Assembly (NCBI RefSeq): GCF_902652985.1
Contig: NC_047030.1
Location: forward strand, 21,824,001-21,888,000
From: Pecten maximus
Taxonomy: Eukaryota
DNA length: 64,000 nt
Direction: 5' to 3'
The notes below the pieces were generated by a model, which was given only the letters and a program-made list of their open reading frames with translations, was not told where the DNA came from and made no database searches. Positions 27,601 through 39,458 of this stretch are shown piece by piece; positions within the stretch are counted from its first letter, which is position 1, and each line of letters begins with the position of its first letter. Position numbers and translations under genes: made by a program.

Positions 27601-30600
27601 CAAAATTCAATTCACACTGGCATTACTGGTTTTCTTTTATTTAATTGTATATTCTGAGTGGCTCTACAGGAATCGCACATCATAAAAGAATGTAAAATTT
27701 ACCGCAATTTTTGCTTTATTTATTGACCACTCCCTGTGGAGGTAATGTAAACAAGGCGACGAAAGCGACGGGGTGCTTGCAGGTCAACGATGTTATTAGT
27801 TATACAATTGTACATGGTGGATTTGTATTCAGTTTTTATCCTATTCTGATCAATGATAGTTTCCCTTAATATTTCAGAGGTATATCCCTATCAACAACTG
27901 GGATTATTTTCAATAAACTATTGAATCATCCGGTATACAGTTTATCAGAAGAGAGTTGTATCAGTTAAAATTTGTTTACAAATCGAACTTAATCTGAAAA
28001 GATATAACTAAAATGGCAAAAGGTCGACGAAAGTGTGGCACTTGTCACAATATTTATAAACTAAAATGGACTGTCCTAGATCTAGATCACCTGGAGGAAA
28101 ACGCAAAAAAAAAAAAAAAAAAAAACGTTAGGTGTGCGAATTTACGTACTTTGCGAAATTGCGTACTCCCTGCTCTAATAATAAAACATTAGAGATGGTC
28201 TACCGTATATTTGGATGGGAAACAACTTGAACTCACGTGCAATACTTGACGGATGTATGACGGACGAGGTAACGACATTCATCCCCGATGGTGTCGTCTT
28301 TACGGCTGGGGCAGATGTATGATGTGGAGAGTGTGTCACGTGACCAGAGTTACCACCTGTAAATGAAAGTGTGTAATTCAAGGTGAATGCTACATGTTAT
28401 TTTATTGATATACCAAGGAAAAATTTACTAGAAGCACGAATCAGACTTGTTTATCTGTTTATCGGATGTAGCTGAAGTAGTATCAGCCCGATTCTTAAAC
28501 CGGATAAGGTCATTGTTCATTTTGGTGTGACTTATAAAAACCTCAATCATTTGTATAGTAACATATTCGTCATTAAGCCATACTTTGAACTTGAATGTTG
28601 GAAATATCCCATTGTTCGTTAGTTAACGATAACGGTATCCATAACAACACAGGAGAATGTCACTACATGATTATAGGGATTTACACATGTCAATGTAAAG
28701 GATAATAATCATAGGAGGATATGGCAAGCCAATGTTGTCATTTATTCACGCAGCGACATTGATCCAGGATTTTACCAAATTATATAAGATATCTTAAAAG
28801 CTTTCTTTATAGGATATCTTATATAATAAATGAGATATCTTATATAATTTCCTTTATAAGATATCTTATATAATATATAAGATATCTCATAAAAGATATA
28901 AGATATCTTATATAATATATAAGATATCTCATAAAAGATGTAACATATCTTATGAAGAAAATTATATGAGATATCTTATACATTATATAAGATATCTTAT
29001 AAAGGAAATTTTAAAAGATATCTTATATAATTTGATTATAAGATATCTAATTAGAACGAGATTTGAATTTGAGATAATGAACTCTCCTCCACTCGATGAA
29101 GGAGGCGAGATTAAGCTAAAACTAAATATAATGGTTTGAAACATATTTATAATTGCCATATATTCATGTTTGCTCGAACACGACATCTGCTCCGTGCCTA
29201 GCCGATCGTGCTCGAGATAGATTGTTGATTGTGTATGTTCCGCGTGCCTTCCAACAAAACGTTACCTTACAGAGGGAGCAGTCATTCTCGAACTTTAATG
29301 TTTTGCCGGTCTCACGAGAGTCTCATTCTTCATAAAATGTCTAATAAACTTTTCATTATAAGATATTTTATATACTTTATAAGATATCTCATAAAGAAAA
29401 GTTTATAAGATATCTTATAAAAGATATAAGATATCTTATATATTATATATCTTATATATTATATATATAATATTAGATACCTTATAAAGAAAAGTTTATA
29501 AGATATCTTATAAAGGATATAAGATATATCTTTTATGAAATATCTTATATATTACATAAGATATCTAATAAATTTTAAATAGGATATCTCATAAACATAT
29601 AAGATATCTCATAAACATATGAACTATCTCATAAACATATAAGATATTTCATAAACATATAAACTATCTCATAAAAATATCTCATATAATTTGATAAAAT
29701 AGTGGATCAACATTACTCCGCGAATAAATGACAATTTGGCTTGCCATAGGAGAATGTTCCCATATGATTATAGGGATTAACACATGTTAATGTAGAGGAT
29801 AATAATCGTAGGAGAATGCGATACTCCAGTCAGTATTTATACATTTCAACATTTCAATGAACATTCTAGTATACTGTGGTAATCTTCTGAAGCACACAAT
29901 GAGATATTTTGCTTGATAAAGACACGATTTCCTTACAAAATATTGTACAATTCTACCGCCTTACTGTAAATAAATTACTTTACTAAATACCTTCTTATCG
30001 TATCACCAGACAGTTTTATTTTAGATATTGATGTGAACTTTCCTTTTATCTACACGTAAGTGACACTATGGACACACACAGATATATTACCGCTGCCATG
30101 TGTACAGGTATTGGAAACCGTGTCCGATCGGGCCCAGGCTTCCTACCAACGAAATTACAAAATGGTATTTTTAAAGAAAAAAAGTTATGATAATTGATAA
30201 AACAGGAAAGAAGGAAAACATCTTTTAAGAAAATAGAAGGGGAAAAGTTATCAGAAAATTTCTGATGCGTTATCGACCTCTAAAACACTACCGCCACATT
30301 TGGGGGCGTGGCTATACGTCGAAGGAGGGGACGGCTTCGAAGCGCCACAGCTGTGACACAGGTGAGACAATGACAATGACAATATTTTATTCTCATAAAC
30401 ATATAAAGTGTAGAGAATTATATACATGCAAAATTTGTACAGGACATATGATATAATACATCGATACATTTGTTAAGCCAGAGATTATCTTAAATATTGT
30501 TGAGTCGTATACTTATTTCTTTAATTAATTTCACAAGTGATTTCAATTCATCGTCTACTACAAAATTAAAAAAGTGTATCAAATTTGAATGTACTTGGTC

Positions 30601-33600
30601 TTTCATAATAGTATCTAGATATATATTTTTTTCTGTTTAATGCTATTTGATGATCGCTACAATTAAATAGATAATGGAATTCGTCTCTTATTTCATTCAG
30701 GTTACACAGACTACAGATTCTATTTTCTCTTGGGATGTTATTCCATCTTCCGTATTCGATTGGTAATTTAATGTTACAAGTTCGAAATTTACAATAAGAA
30801 TTGAGAAAAATGTTGATATTGTTCCTATAAGGTATCACACTTATACCACGGAACCCAGACGTAATCAGATTGAATTCCACAACATTTGATAGATCGATAA
30901 AATTACCAAACGAGCGCCGTAAAAATGGCATTTCCCGGATAACTGCATTGCTGTCAAACAGGAATAATGCTTGAAAAGTGTTTAAGAAAGGTCAAAAATC
31001 CATTTCAACACGTTTAATGCCGACTTTTTACGAGAAACCCTTAAATTGCGCATTTACTACAAAATTTTCTATGTTGCCCATGAGGTCACGACTGTATGCA
31101 ATTTATAAGCACCGACTTTGTTGTCTCTGCTTTACAGATGGCTTCATCAAATCTCCTTCGCGAAGAATAAACAACAGTGAAACCAAGGAACGTATACCAC
31201 ATCCGTACTAAAAAGTACACATTGGAATCATATCTGACACGTCACGACACGTCAGGAAGTATGATGGTAACCAACACCAATGTTGTCACTGAGGATATCT
31301 TTCACGCTGGAGGTTTACCTCCAGCAACATATCACACTTAAACATGAGACACATCCCAAAGAATATGTCAAAAATGTAGGGTAACTTTCAAGTCTTCGTC
31401 GACGTTGTCTCATAATATAAAACTTAAACACGGCTACAAAGATTATTCATATCTAAAGGAAACTTTGATATTCCTGGGTTCAGTGGTATAAGTATTTGCT
31501 ACGAATGATACCTTATGGGAACAATATCAACACGATTTCTCACCTCTGGCACATCTTTGGCGCTTCGAAGCCATGCCCCTCCTTCGACGTATAGCCGAGC
31601 CCCCAAATGTGTCGGTGAAAACGGTGTGAAATATAGGCCGCCAGTTAACATCAAAGTTCAAGCCATAGTGGCGAACTAGGCCAAAGGCGACACTTCGTTG
31701 TATGTTTTCAAATATTCAGCGGAGAACAAACAGCTATTGATACGTCAAACATTTTTCTACCTATGTCACCATTCATATACAGGCCAATCCACTCATTTTT
31801 CTATCTATGTCACCATTCATATAAAGGCCAATCCACTCATTTTTCTATCTATGTCACCATACATATAAAGGCCAATCCACTCATTTTTCTATCTATGTCA
31901 CCATTCATATAAAGGCCAATCCACTCATTTTTCTACCTATGTCACCATTCATATACAGGCCAATCCACTCATTTTTCTATCTATGTCACCATACATATAC
32001 AGGCCAATCCACTCATTTTTCTATCTATGTCACCATACATATACAGGCCAATCCACTCATTTTTCTACCTATGTCACCATTCATATACAGGCCAATCCAC
32101 TCATTTATCTACCTATGTCACCATACATATACAGGCCAATCCACTCATTTATCTACCTATGTCACCATTCATATACAGGCCAATCCACTCATTTATCTAT
32201 CTATGTCACCATACATATACAGGCCAATCCACTCATTTTTCTATCTATGTCACCATTCATATAAAGGCCAATCCACTCATTTTTCTACCTATGTCACCAT
32301 TCATATACAGGCCAATCCACTCATTTATCTACCTATGTCACCATACATATACAGGCCAATCCACTCATTTTTCTACCTATGTCATCATTCATATACAGGC
32401 CAATCCACTCATTTTTCTATGTCACCATACATATACAGGCCAATCCACTCATTTTTCTATGTCACCATACATATACAGGCCAATCCACTCATTTTTCTAC
32501 CTATGTCACCATACATATACAGGCCAATCCACTCATTTTTCTACCTATGTCACCATACATATACAGGCCAATCCACACATTTTTCTATCTATGTCACCAT
32601 ACATATACAGGCCAATCCACTCATTTTTCTACCTATGTCACCATTCATATACAGGCCAATCCACTCATTTTTCTATGTCACCATACATATACAGGCCAAT
32701 CCACTCATTTTTCTACCTATGTCACCATACATATACAGGCCAATCCACTCATTTTTCGGCATAGCCGTATCATTTTCTTTGACCACGGATATGACGCGAA
32801 AGGTGCCGTTACTGGTCAAGATGAAGTATGTGATTGGTCAATGTAGCGGTAAATGCAAAATGCAGATATGCAGTTAAAGACGAAACAAAATTAAGCTTGA
32901 ATGCAAGCTGAATAAGTGGATGTATCTATTCAAACGACACATTAATAAAATCATATTCCTGATTCTTTTTATCACCAACAAAGGATTCAAACTGATATAA
33001 TTTTGTTATCCGTGCTGAAACTGCGCATGTATTAATTAGTTCGTTAATTTATTTCACCAGCAGATTTACATTATAACCACTAGCATTAAAACTATGCCGT
33101 TTATCTTTTTTAAAGATATTTCTTGTTTTATACAGCTCTTAGTTTCCAAACATTTTGCAGACACATCTGTAGTGACCATGTCGTTCACATGACCTGACGA
33201 GATCTCGCGTGGTACAAGGCAATCATAATATTAAACCACGTGGTTTCATAACAACTATGTCAGCGAAATGTTTGGACAGTAAGAGTTTAATGACATAATC
33301 AGTGGATTACCCGTTTGGTCAAGTATGAAGAAAAATGATCCGATAGATGAGTGTCTTTCATCCATACGATGAAAATGAAAAGTTTAAAACATACGACGAA
33401 TCTTCCAATTATAAAAAAAAATGAACCGAGGATAACAGCAGGATGTTTACACGTGTGTATTGATGGTCATACAAAGTCAAAGGAATCGTGTCAATACTAA
33501 TTGATGATAATGGAAATCACAGGAATTATGTCAACACGAAATGATAATAATGAAAATCACAGAAATGATGTCAACACCAATTGATAATAATGAAAATTCC

Positions 33601-34302
33601 AGAAATGATGTCAACACGAATTTATGAACATGAAAATCTCAGAAATGATGTCAACACGAATTGATGATTATGAAAATTACAGGAATTATGTCAACACGAA
33701 TTGACGATAATGAAAATCACAGGAATATTGTCAACGCCAATTGATGATATAATGAAAATCACAGGAATTATGTCAACACGAATTGATAATGAAAATCACA
33801 GGAATTATGTCAACACTAATCGATGATAATGAAAATCACAGGAACTATGTCAACACGAATTGATAATGAAAATCACAGGAACTATGTCAACACCAATCGA
33901 CGATAATGAAAATCACATAAATGATTTCAACATTAATTGTTGATTAAAAATTCAAACATACATTGTACAAGAGAAACATAAATTGGTTTTGGTTTAGAAA
34001 ATATGAGTATTGATAGTTACCCTGCCATCATAGTCTATTTTGCTGTAAGGAAATCCATATATAACCATCTGGCTCCCCAGACTCCTAAAACATCGGTCCT
34101 CGTGTACATCGCACTGTCCACTCAGGTGCACACACATCACAGAAGCTCCTAAAATATACGGACATATTTTACAGTTGTGATGGCTGCGCGGCCAGAGGTC
34201 AGGCGATGAAATGCTGTCAACATCGTTGGATGTGTCATCGGGCAGGTACGAAAGACAGCCGACACTCACCGACGCTAGTACGACTATCCAGACAAACAGC
34301 AT
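15628..34302 (-). CDS. Secreted protein: signal peptide, Cys-rich module, two divergent SRCR domains, Thr/Pro mucin stalk
   Basis: Phase-compatible minus-strand exons: 34302-34021 (MLFVWIVVLASVSVGCLS...), 30142-30091, 28356-28237, 24213-24057 plus 22573-22416 (SRCR1: DHVVCADGWTEQNSQVVCRAIG...ISCNGQEVDLSTC...C...HVTC), 21135-20979 plus 20640-20480 (SRCR2), 18156-17782 (PT-rich), 17458-17435 (GHWITFGH), 16465-16412 (...VWIALG), stop at 15630-15628. Each SRCR has six Cys (group A pattern). Confidence 0.82.
16802..16953. mobile_element. Short palindromic MITE-like element
   Basis: ~45-bp inverted arms ATAGAATACATGGTCAGTGTCTTAAAAT... and ...ATTTTAAGACACTGACCATGTATTC. Confidence 0.7.
17466..17606. 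repeat. 19-bp tandem repeat (AATAGAACTTTATGATAAT) next to the 24-nt micro-exon acceptor
   Basis: About 7 copies visible. Confidence 0.85.
18400..19170 (-). pseudogene. Decayed Tc1-family transposase relic interrupted by a (GA)n microsatellite
   Basis: Minus-strand translation gives LIDDD...EQYLDQEAIQGMD*PACSVDLNPIDHA*, matching the Tc1 motif WPAxSPDLNPIEHxW, and FFTDKR, resembling LFTDESRF. Multiple stops and frameshifts. Confidence 0.75.
19200..19785. repeat. 18-bp tandem repeat (CCCACATAGATACACCTT)
   Basis: Gives the 6-aa periodic ORFs WEGVSM and GKVYLC. Confidence 0.95.
21330..21682. mobile_element. Dispersed non-autonomous element, deleted copy (fuller copy at 36348-36776)
   Basis: Near-identical TACCAGTGAAATATCAAAAATTATTCATT...GCACCTGGACAGGG...CCCCACTCGTGAAATATATTTGGTATTACTGAAGACACT. 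Confidence 0.85.
24550..24730. repeat. 36-bp tandem repeat, ~5 copies
   Basis: CTAGACACCGGCTCTGTCATACAGGTAACAAATTTA recurs. Confidence 0.85.
25221..27130. mobile_element. Foldback/TIR element with ~650-700-bp imperfect inverted arms and a decayed C2H2 zinc-finger gene
   Basis: ACCAAGATGGCGGCCGAAACAGATCAACAAAGGTAGATGTC (25251) is mirrored at ~27060-27100, and arm similarity continues to ~25870 / ~26440. The ends read CACTG and CAGGG. Four degenerate C2H2 fingers lie at ~25835-26152. Confidence 0.8.
28722..29746. mobile_element. AT-rich MITE/foldback element, TIR TGGCAAGCC..., flanked by TA
   Basis: TA|TGGCAAGCCAATGTTGTCATTTATTC ... GAATAAATGACAATTTGGCTTGCCA|TA; subterminal arrays of the palindromic unit ATAAGATATCTTAT. 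Confidence 0.8.
30289..31617. mobile_element. Non-autonomous TIR element (TIR ~150 bp) with a LINE inserted in its left TIR
   Basis: CACATTTGGGGGC..GCTATACGTCGAAGGAGGGG..GGCTTCGAAGCGCCA (30295) is inverted at 31558-31612. The left arm resumes at ~30802 (TGTTGATATTGTTCC..AAGGTATCA), matching the reverse complement of ~31470-31545. Confidence 0.78.
30368..30801 (-). mobile_element. 5'-truncated non-LTR retrotransposon (LINE ORF2 C-terminus and 3' tail)
   Basis: KFRTCNIKLPIEYGRWNNIPRENRICSLCNLNEIRDEFHYLFNC resembles the C-terminal CCHC region of invertebrate LINE ORF2. The minus strand ends in AATAAA plus a (CATTGT)n tail, with TGAGA on both sides. Confidence 0.82.
31752..32757. repeat. 44-bp tandem repeat (CTATGTCACCATWCATATACAGGCCAATCCACTCATTTTTCTAY) with 40-bp variants
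   Basis: Period 44 (31761 to 31805); produces several spurious overlapping ORFs. Confidence 0.96.
32753..33130. mobile_element. Dispersed non-autonomous repeat, copy 2 (see 11351-11690)
   Basis: Direct similarity to 11351-11690. Confidence 0.8.
33490..33940. repeat. Diverged 40-bp tandem repeat (TCAACACGAATTGATGATAATGAAAATCACAGGAATTATG)
   Basis: Period 40 (33491, 33531, 33571...). Confidence 0.9.
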
Positions 34303-34639
34303 CTAGTAAATGACAGACATTAAATATACAAATATTTGTTTGTTGTATATCGACTTTATAGAAATATGGAACAACTACAATACAAATCAACGATTATAGT
34401 CACGATAAGTGCTTGATTATAATCTCATAGTCGGAAATCGGGTCAGATTAACAACACAATCTGCAGCCTAAGTTGAAATACCTGTTCGACTGAAACAAAA
34501 ATCTACATATTTTATCATTCCTGGTATTTGGAATCAGTCCTATAGACTTACTCCACTGTGACATGACTCTCTACAAACACCATAATGGAGTATTCAGAAT
34601 CAAGACAGACGCGGTATATCTAACTCATATTAACACAAG

Positions 34640-34965
34640 TCGGGACAGAGCATGGTCACAGGCATGGCCACGGACATGGACACGGTCACGGACATGGGCA
34701 CAGGAAATGACACGGACACCGGCGATGGCACGGACATGGACACGGTCAAGGACACGGACACGGACACGGACACGGACATGGACACGGTCAAGGACACGGA
34801 CACGGACACGGACATGGACCCAGACCCAGACATAGACATGGACATAGGCACCGACATCGAAACACGGCCACGGACAAAGACCCGGACACGGACACAGGCA
34901 AGGACCCACACGCGGACATGGACACGGACACTGCCGCGGACAAAGACACGGACGAACACGGTGAC
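34640..34965. repeat. Degenerate (GGACAC)n hexamer repeat
   Basis: Yields the TD/RT/VS dipeptide ORFs; lies upstream of the SRCR gene start. Confidence 0.9.
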
Positions 34966-36347
34966 GAAATTATTTTAAGGTATGGCTATAAGCGCTAAGG
35001 GACCTGCAACCCGATCAACAAAGGGTTAAGATATTTATCAGATACTATCGTCGAGGCTGCCAGTGCTATAAGAGTCAACATAAAAGCAATACTAATGATC
35101 AAGCCACAATTAACTCAATCAGAGACACATTGAATCAGAAACATACGTTAGCATGCAAAAATATATAGAGAAAGCGAGAGAAACTAACCTTACTGATTGT
35201 GTCCAACTGTGATCTGTCCAGATAGATAAAATAGTCTGTATATAGATAACGTTCATAGACAAGGACAGGTTTATATTTCCTATCGGAATTCGAGAGTGTG
35301 AGAACCAGGTGACACAAATACTTCTTCTTGGCCTGGTTTGGTTTGTTATGTTATAATTACGCTCATTTAATGCAAGTTCGTTAAAGAACGGTGTCCATGT
35401 ATGATGGAGCCATTAACGAACGACTTTATAGTGTCCTCACACTGTAATGACACACCTTGACACGAAAATAAACATGTAAAAATTATATCCATACGTGATG
35501 CACATATTGCGATACTTCATATTATTGCAAAATTGATTTTGTATTTTGGCGTTATTTTTCGGAGTTCTTGTTCTAATGCGCGTACAGGTCCTTAATGATC
35601 TTAACTGTTGAAAGGACGTTAAACAATACAAAACAAAACCATACCAAAATATCTTCCATCCATTTACAGCTTAAAATGTAAGATATACCAAAAATATCGA
35701 CATTTCTTTTCGCTGGTAAAATTATATTGAAATGGGTGTTGATAATGTCATGTTTGTCTTTTTGTATTTCGATGAGAAGACATATCGATTGTTTTTGCTA
35801 CTTCCAATGTTTTAATCGTTATATTTTCCAATAATCTGCTATCCACGCAGCGTGGCATTTTATACATACGTTTCATTCGTGTTTTGACAGTCATTTGTTG
35901 ATTATGTAATTCTGGATTATAATTACTGTAATGGGATATGGATTTTGAAGAATCCTCTGGAACTGTTGATCAATCTTGTGGAGAAACCCCTCTGCCATAT
36001 TATACTACCATATCCCATTCCGAGCTCAATGAAAGTCTTGTCTCTGGTGTTTGAACATTCCATTATAAACAAAACGAAACAAAAACTGCTATAACTATAT
36101 GGTTTGGAACTATACACAGAGCTTAATATCGTTCGTATAGGCAAAGATGAAATATCGAGAGTGAATTCCTGAGATTGATTAAATTTCTGGACGATTTTTG
36201 TGATTTTCCAACAGATTATTGTACACCCCTGGGTACAAGCTATGGTCTTTGTCGACTTTTTTGTTTTGCAATATTCCGTCTACTAAATCTACAGTGTTTA
36301 GAGTCCATAGTCAATTCGATATAACAGTCCTTGTTCTAAATATCACG

Positions 36348-36776
36348 ATTTATTACATTTTATACCAGTGAAATATCAAAAATTATTCATTCCATAAAAG
36401 TGATATTTTTCACTAGTGAAAAATATCACTTTTGCTGATTTGACCAATCAAATTAATGATTAGAAAATACAAAAATAATTGACCAATCAGAAAGCCCGAC
36501 ATATATGTCAGCACCTGGACAGGGGGAACTACTTTTTTTGTTTACAAATTATCCCTGTAGGCCTAGTTAGCATACGGGGTAGGGTTTTTATTGATAAAAA
36601 ATGTAATAAACAGAATATCTAACAGTGTCTTCAGTAATACCAAATATATTTCACTCGTGTGGCTAATATTTTGATATTTTTCACTCGTGCTGCGCACTCG
36701 TGAAAAATATCAAAATATTAGCCCCACTCGTGAAATATATTTGGTATTACTGAAGACACTGTTAGACATCCTCTAT
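36348..36776. mobile_element. Dispersed non-autonomous element with a long terminal hairpin
   Basis: Matches 21330-21682; inverted arms CTAACAGTGTCTTCAGTAATACCAAATATATTTCAC... and ...GTGAAATATATTTGGTATTACTGAAGACACTGTTAG at ~36619-36765. Confidence 0.85.
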
Positions 36777-38927
36777 TTCTGTGACCGATGTCGACAGTTA
36801 CCGGATACGACTACAACACGTGGTTTAGAGATCATAACACTACAAATGCATTAAAACACAGATTCAACCACCTTGTTACATCACAACAGCGTATTAATAT
36901 CGACAGGGCTCATTCGAATGTTTGTTTTACGGGTGCTTTATAGTTTTTATTGAACTGTAAATGATCCTGTTATATAATAAACCTCTACGTGTACCTCCCC
37001 CTAACCGTATTATAGGGCTTTATTGGTATTAATAGTTAAACCACAAATTGCAGCATAACTTTATGGAATGTCGTCAGAAATGCTTGCAGCAAATAATTAC
37101 TCTTTTCATCAATATATGACAGACTAGTTTTGATAAGGCAAAGTAATGCTGCTTTATGGTTAATATTAGTAAAAGACGACGTTGTGTTTTATGATCACGT
37201 AACGAATCAAAAATATCTGTTGTTGGTGTTAAAGACTTTGTAATATTCCAAAATGAAAAGAAAATAATCTTTAAAAAAAAAAAAAAAAAAAAACATGTCT
37301 GCACTTCTCGGTGGCAAAACCAAACCACATGTTCTGCGTGTTCGCAAAGAAGACATCTTTTATAACATCTTTGTTTACAATCACTATTTTATTTGTTTAC
37401 AATCAATATTAAAGGAGTAGATGGGATAAGCCCATGATTTCGCCCCTTATGATTGGGAAAACTGAAACTACAAAATTATGTTTTTTATATGCCTAAAACA
37501 TTTTAATATATCAATATCTTTTCGTTTTAACCATTTTTGATTAAAAAATCGTATTTCTAAATACATGTTTTCTTCTTTGAATACGACAATAATCCACGAA
37601 ATCACTGTTTTTACCCTTTTTTCGATGTTTGAAGTCCAAGAAAACCATCAGCGCAGTCGAGAACATGAACAATTTTCATACAGCTGACGTGTTTTACAAA
37701 TATCAAAAACATATTAAAAAATTGGACATGTTCTCCCTTGCGCAGATGCCTAACAATAGCAAAAACGATCAACAATATTGCGGTATTTTCGAGGAGATCG
37801 GCATCGTTCAAGTCGGAAACGAATGCCGTTTCTGCGCGGGGCCTTCCGGAAGGGGTACCAGTACAGTAAACATCGAGAATGTAAACAAGTTTGTTCTCCA
37901 CTGTGGAATATAAGCCTAGAAGATCCAAGAACGATGCTTCACACTTGTGGTTTGTATTTTGACTTAAATAGAAATGTTTTGCTTGATTGTGTTTTTCCTG
38001 CTGTAGTTATTTAACGTTACCAAGTGAAACCGTCGAAATCAGAATCGAAGTGAAAGTGTAAACAATCGATCGAACTGTTGGCAACAGAGCTTGACGTCCT
38101 CAACAAATAACACAGCACATAAGTATTAAAAATCGTCGATATTGTTTTGCTTTATTGCATTTTGTTCATACATTGTATATGAATTGATGGAGACCTTGTC
38201 ACACAGGCGGGTATTTGCCAGCTCCAAATAGAACAATACACAAACAAAAATGGGGGGGAAACGAAGGAATTGAAGTTGTGTGCATAAACGAAACTGGCAA
38301 CATGGGTGTCTCGATCACGACCCCATGCCTATATATCATTAAAACTTGATATGAATATATAAACTATACTCATAATCCAATAGTATTAAAAACATCACCG
38401 AAAGTCATGGAAAATAAAATGCCGGCACTGCACGTTAGAACTAAAGTTAAGCTGTCGTCTGCAAGTTGACCAATCACTACAGTATAGGTCCGCTAAACAG
38501 TTGATCGCGATAAATCAACTGGTCTAACCTTAAAAAATGCATGACTTTTCAAGAACGCATTTAGATTGAATTTAAAAAGGGGCATTACAATAAAAATAAA
38601 ATAAAATAAAACCACTACTGTACCGCTTATAATACTTTCAATAAAACAATTGTAAGACGTTGCCCTAGTCAATTCACCCGCTAGGTGCCCCTAAACATTG
38701 TTTTAAAACTCGATCAATACACGCCTCTGAACAAGGATTGTTAAGATGTTTGAAAAATAAAACTTCATTTGCCCAAATCATATTTTGCGGTATTAGCGAG
38801 ATTGATACATATTTACAAAAACACAACCTTTAAATCACTATTTAGATCTACTAGCATTAATTAGACATCCCTTTGAAACGTTATGCCTTGTCCTAGTGTA
38901 TCCCTGAATAAAATATCCATGTGCTAG

Positions 38928-39074
38928 GCCACAGGTGCCTGACTCGTTTTATAAAATAATAACATATAGAGTACATATAAATGTAAAATAATAACATATA
39001 GAGTACATATAAATGTATCATTTATATGTACTCTATATGTTATTATTTTATAAAACGAGTCAGGCACCTGTGGC
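38928..39074. repeat. Perfect ~55-bp-arm hairpin (MITE-like) inside the Spy element
   Basis: GCCACAGGTGCCTGACTCGTTTTATAAAATAATAACATATAGAGTACATATAAATG and its exact reverse complement; a 32-bp duplicate sits in the loop. Confidence 0.9.
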
Positions 39075-39371
39075 TAGGCCCAACGTTACGTGCTCTGCCG
39101 TAGGAACAGTGCTGTTTAACATCTAAAAGATGCAGATCGCAAATGCAATTCACACAAAACACAATTACACATACGTAATGAGATCAGAACTAATAACTAT
39201 ACAGTATACAGTGATAAAATGACTATGAAATAAGTTATTCTGGCTGACCTGCAGTTTGTCAGCCATCGTCTTCTTTAGGCCTAAATGATTACGTAACATT
39301 ATGCAGGATGACTGATTTAGAGTAATTATTATCAATATGGTAATTGTTTACATCGTCCAACAGCGAAAGAC

Positions 39372-39458
39372 GAAGTGGTGTAGTGGTAACATCATTTCCT
39401 TGTAATGCTAAGGTGGGCGATTCGATTCCACCCAAGGAACTTTTTTTTTTTTTTTTTA
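39372..39458 (+). other. tRNA-like Pol III element (SINE head or tRNA pseudogene)
   Basis: A-box TGGTGTAGTGG, B-box-like GATTCGATTCC and a following T-run; the cloverleaf stems pair poorly. Confidence 0.55.

Noticed and set aside
34563-34978. Asp/Thr-rich ORF resembling an acidic biomineral protein
   Set aside because: Hexamer repeat open in most frames; no signal peptide or splice support.
37409-37420. Kolobok/piggyBac-type TTAA terminus (TTAA|AGGAG)
   Set aside because: The matching right end is followed by TTCT rather than TTAA; AAA|TTT without TSD fits better.
39372-39440. Functional tRNA gene
   Set aside because: Acceptor and anticodon stems do not pair convincingly; kept only as a tRNA-like element.
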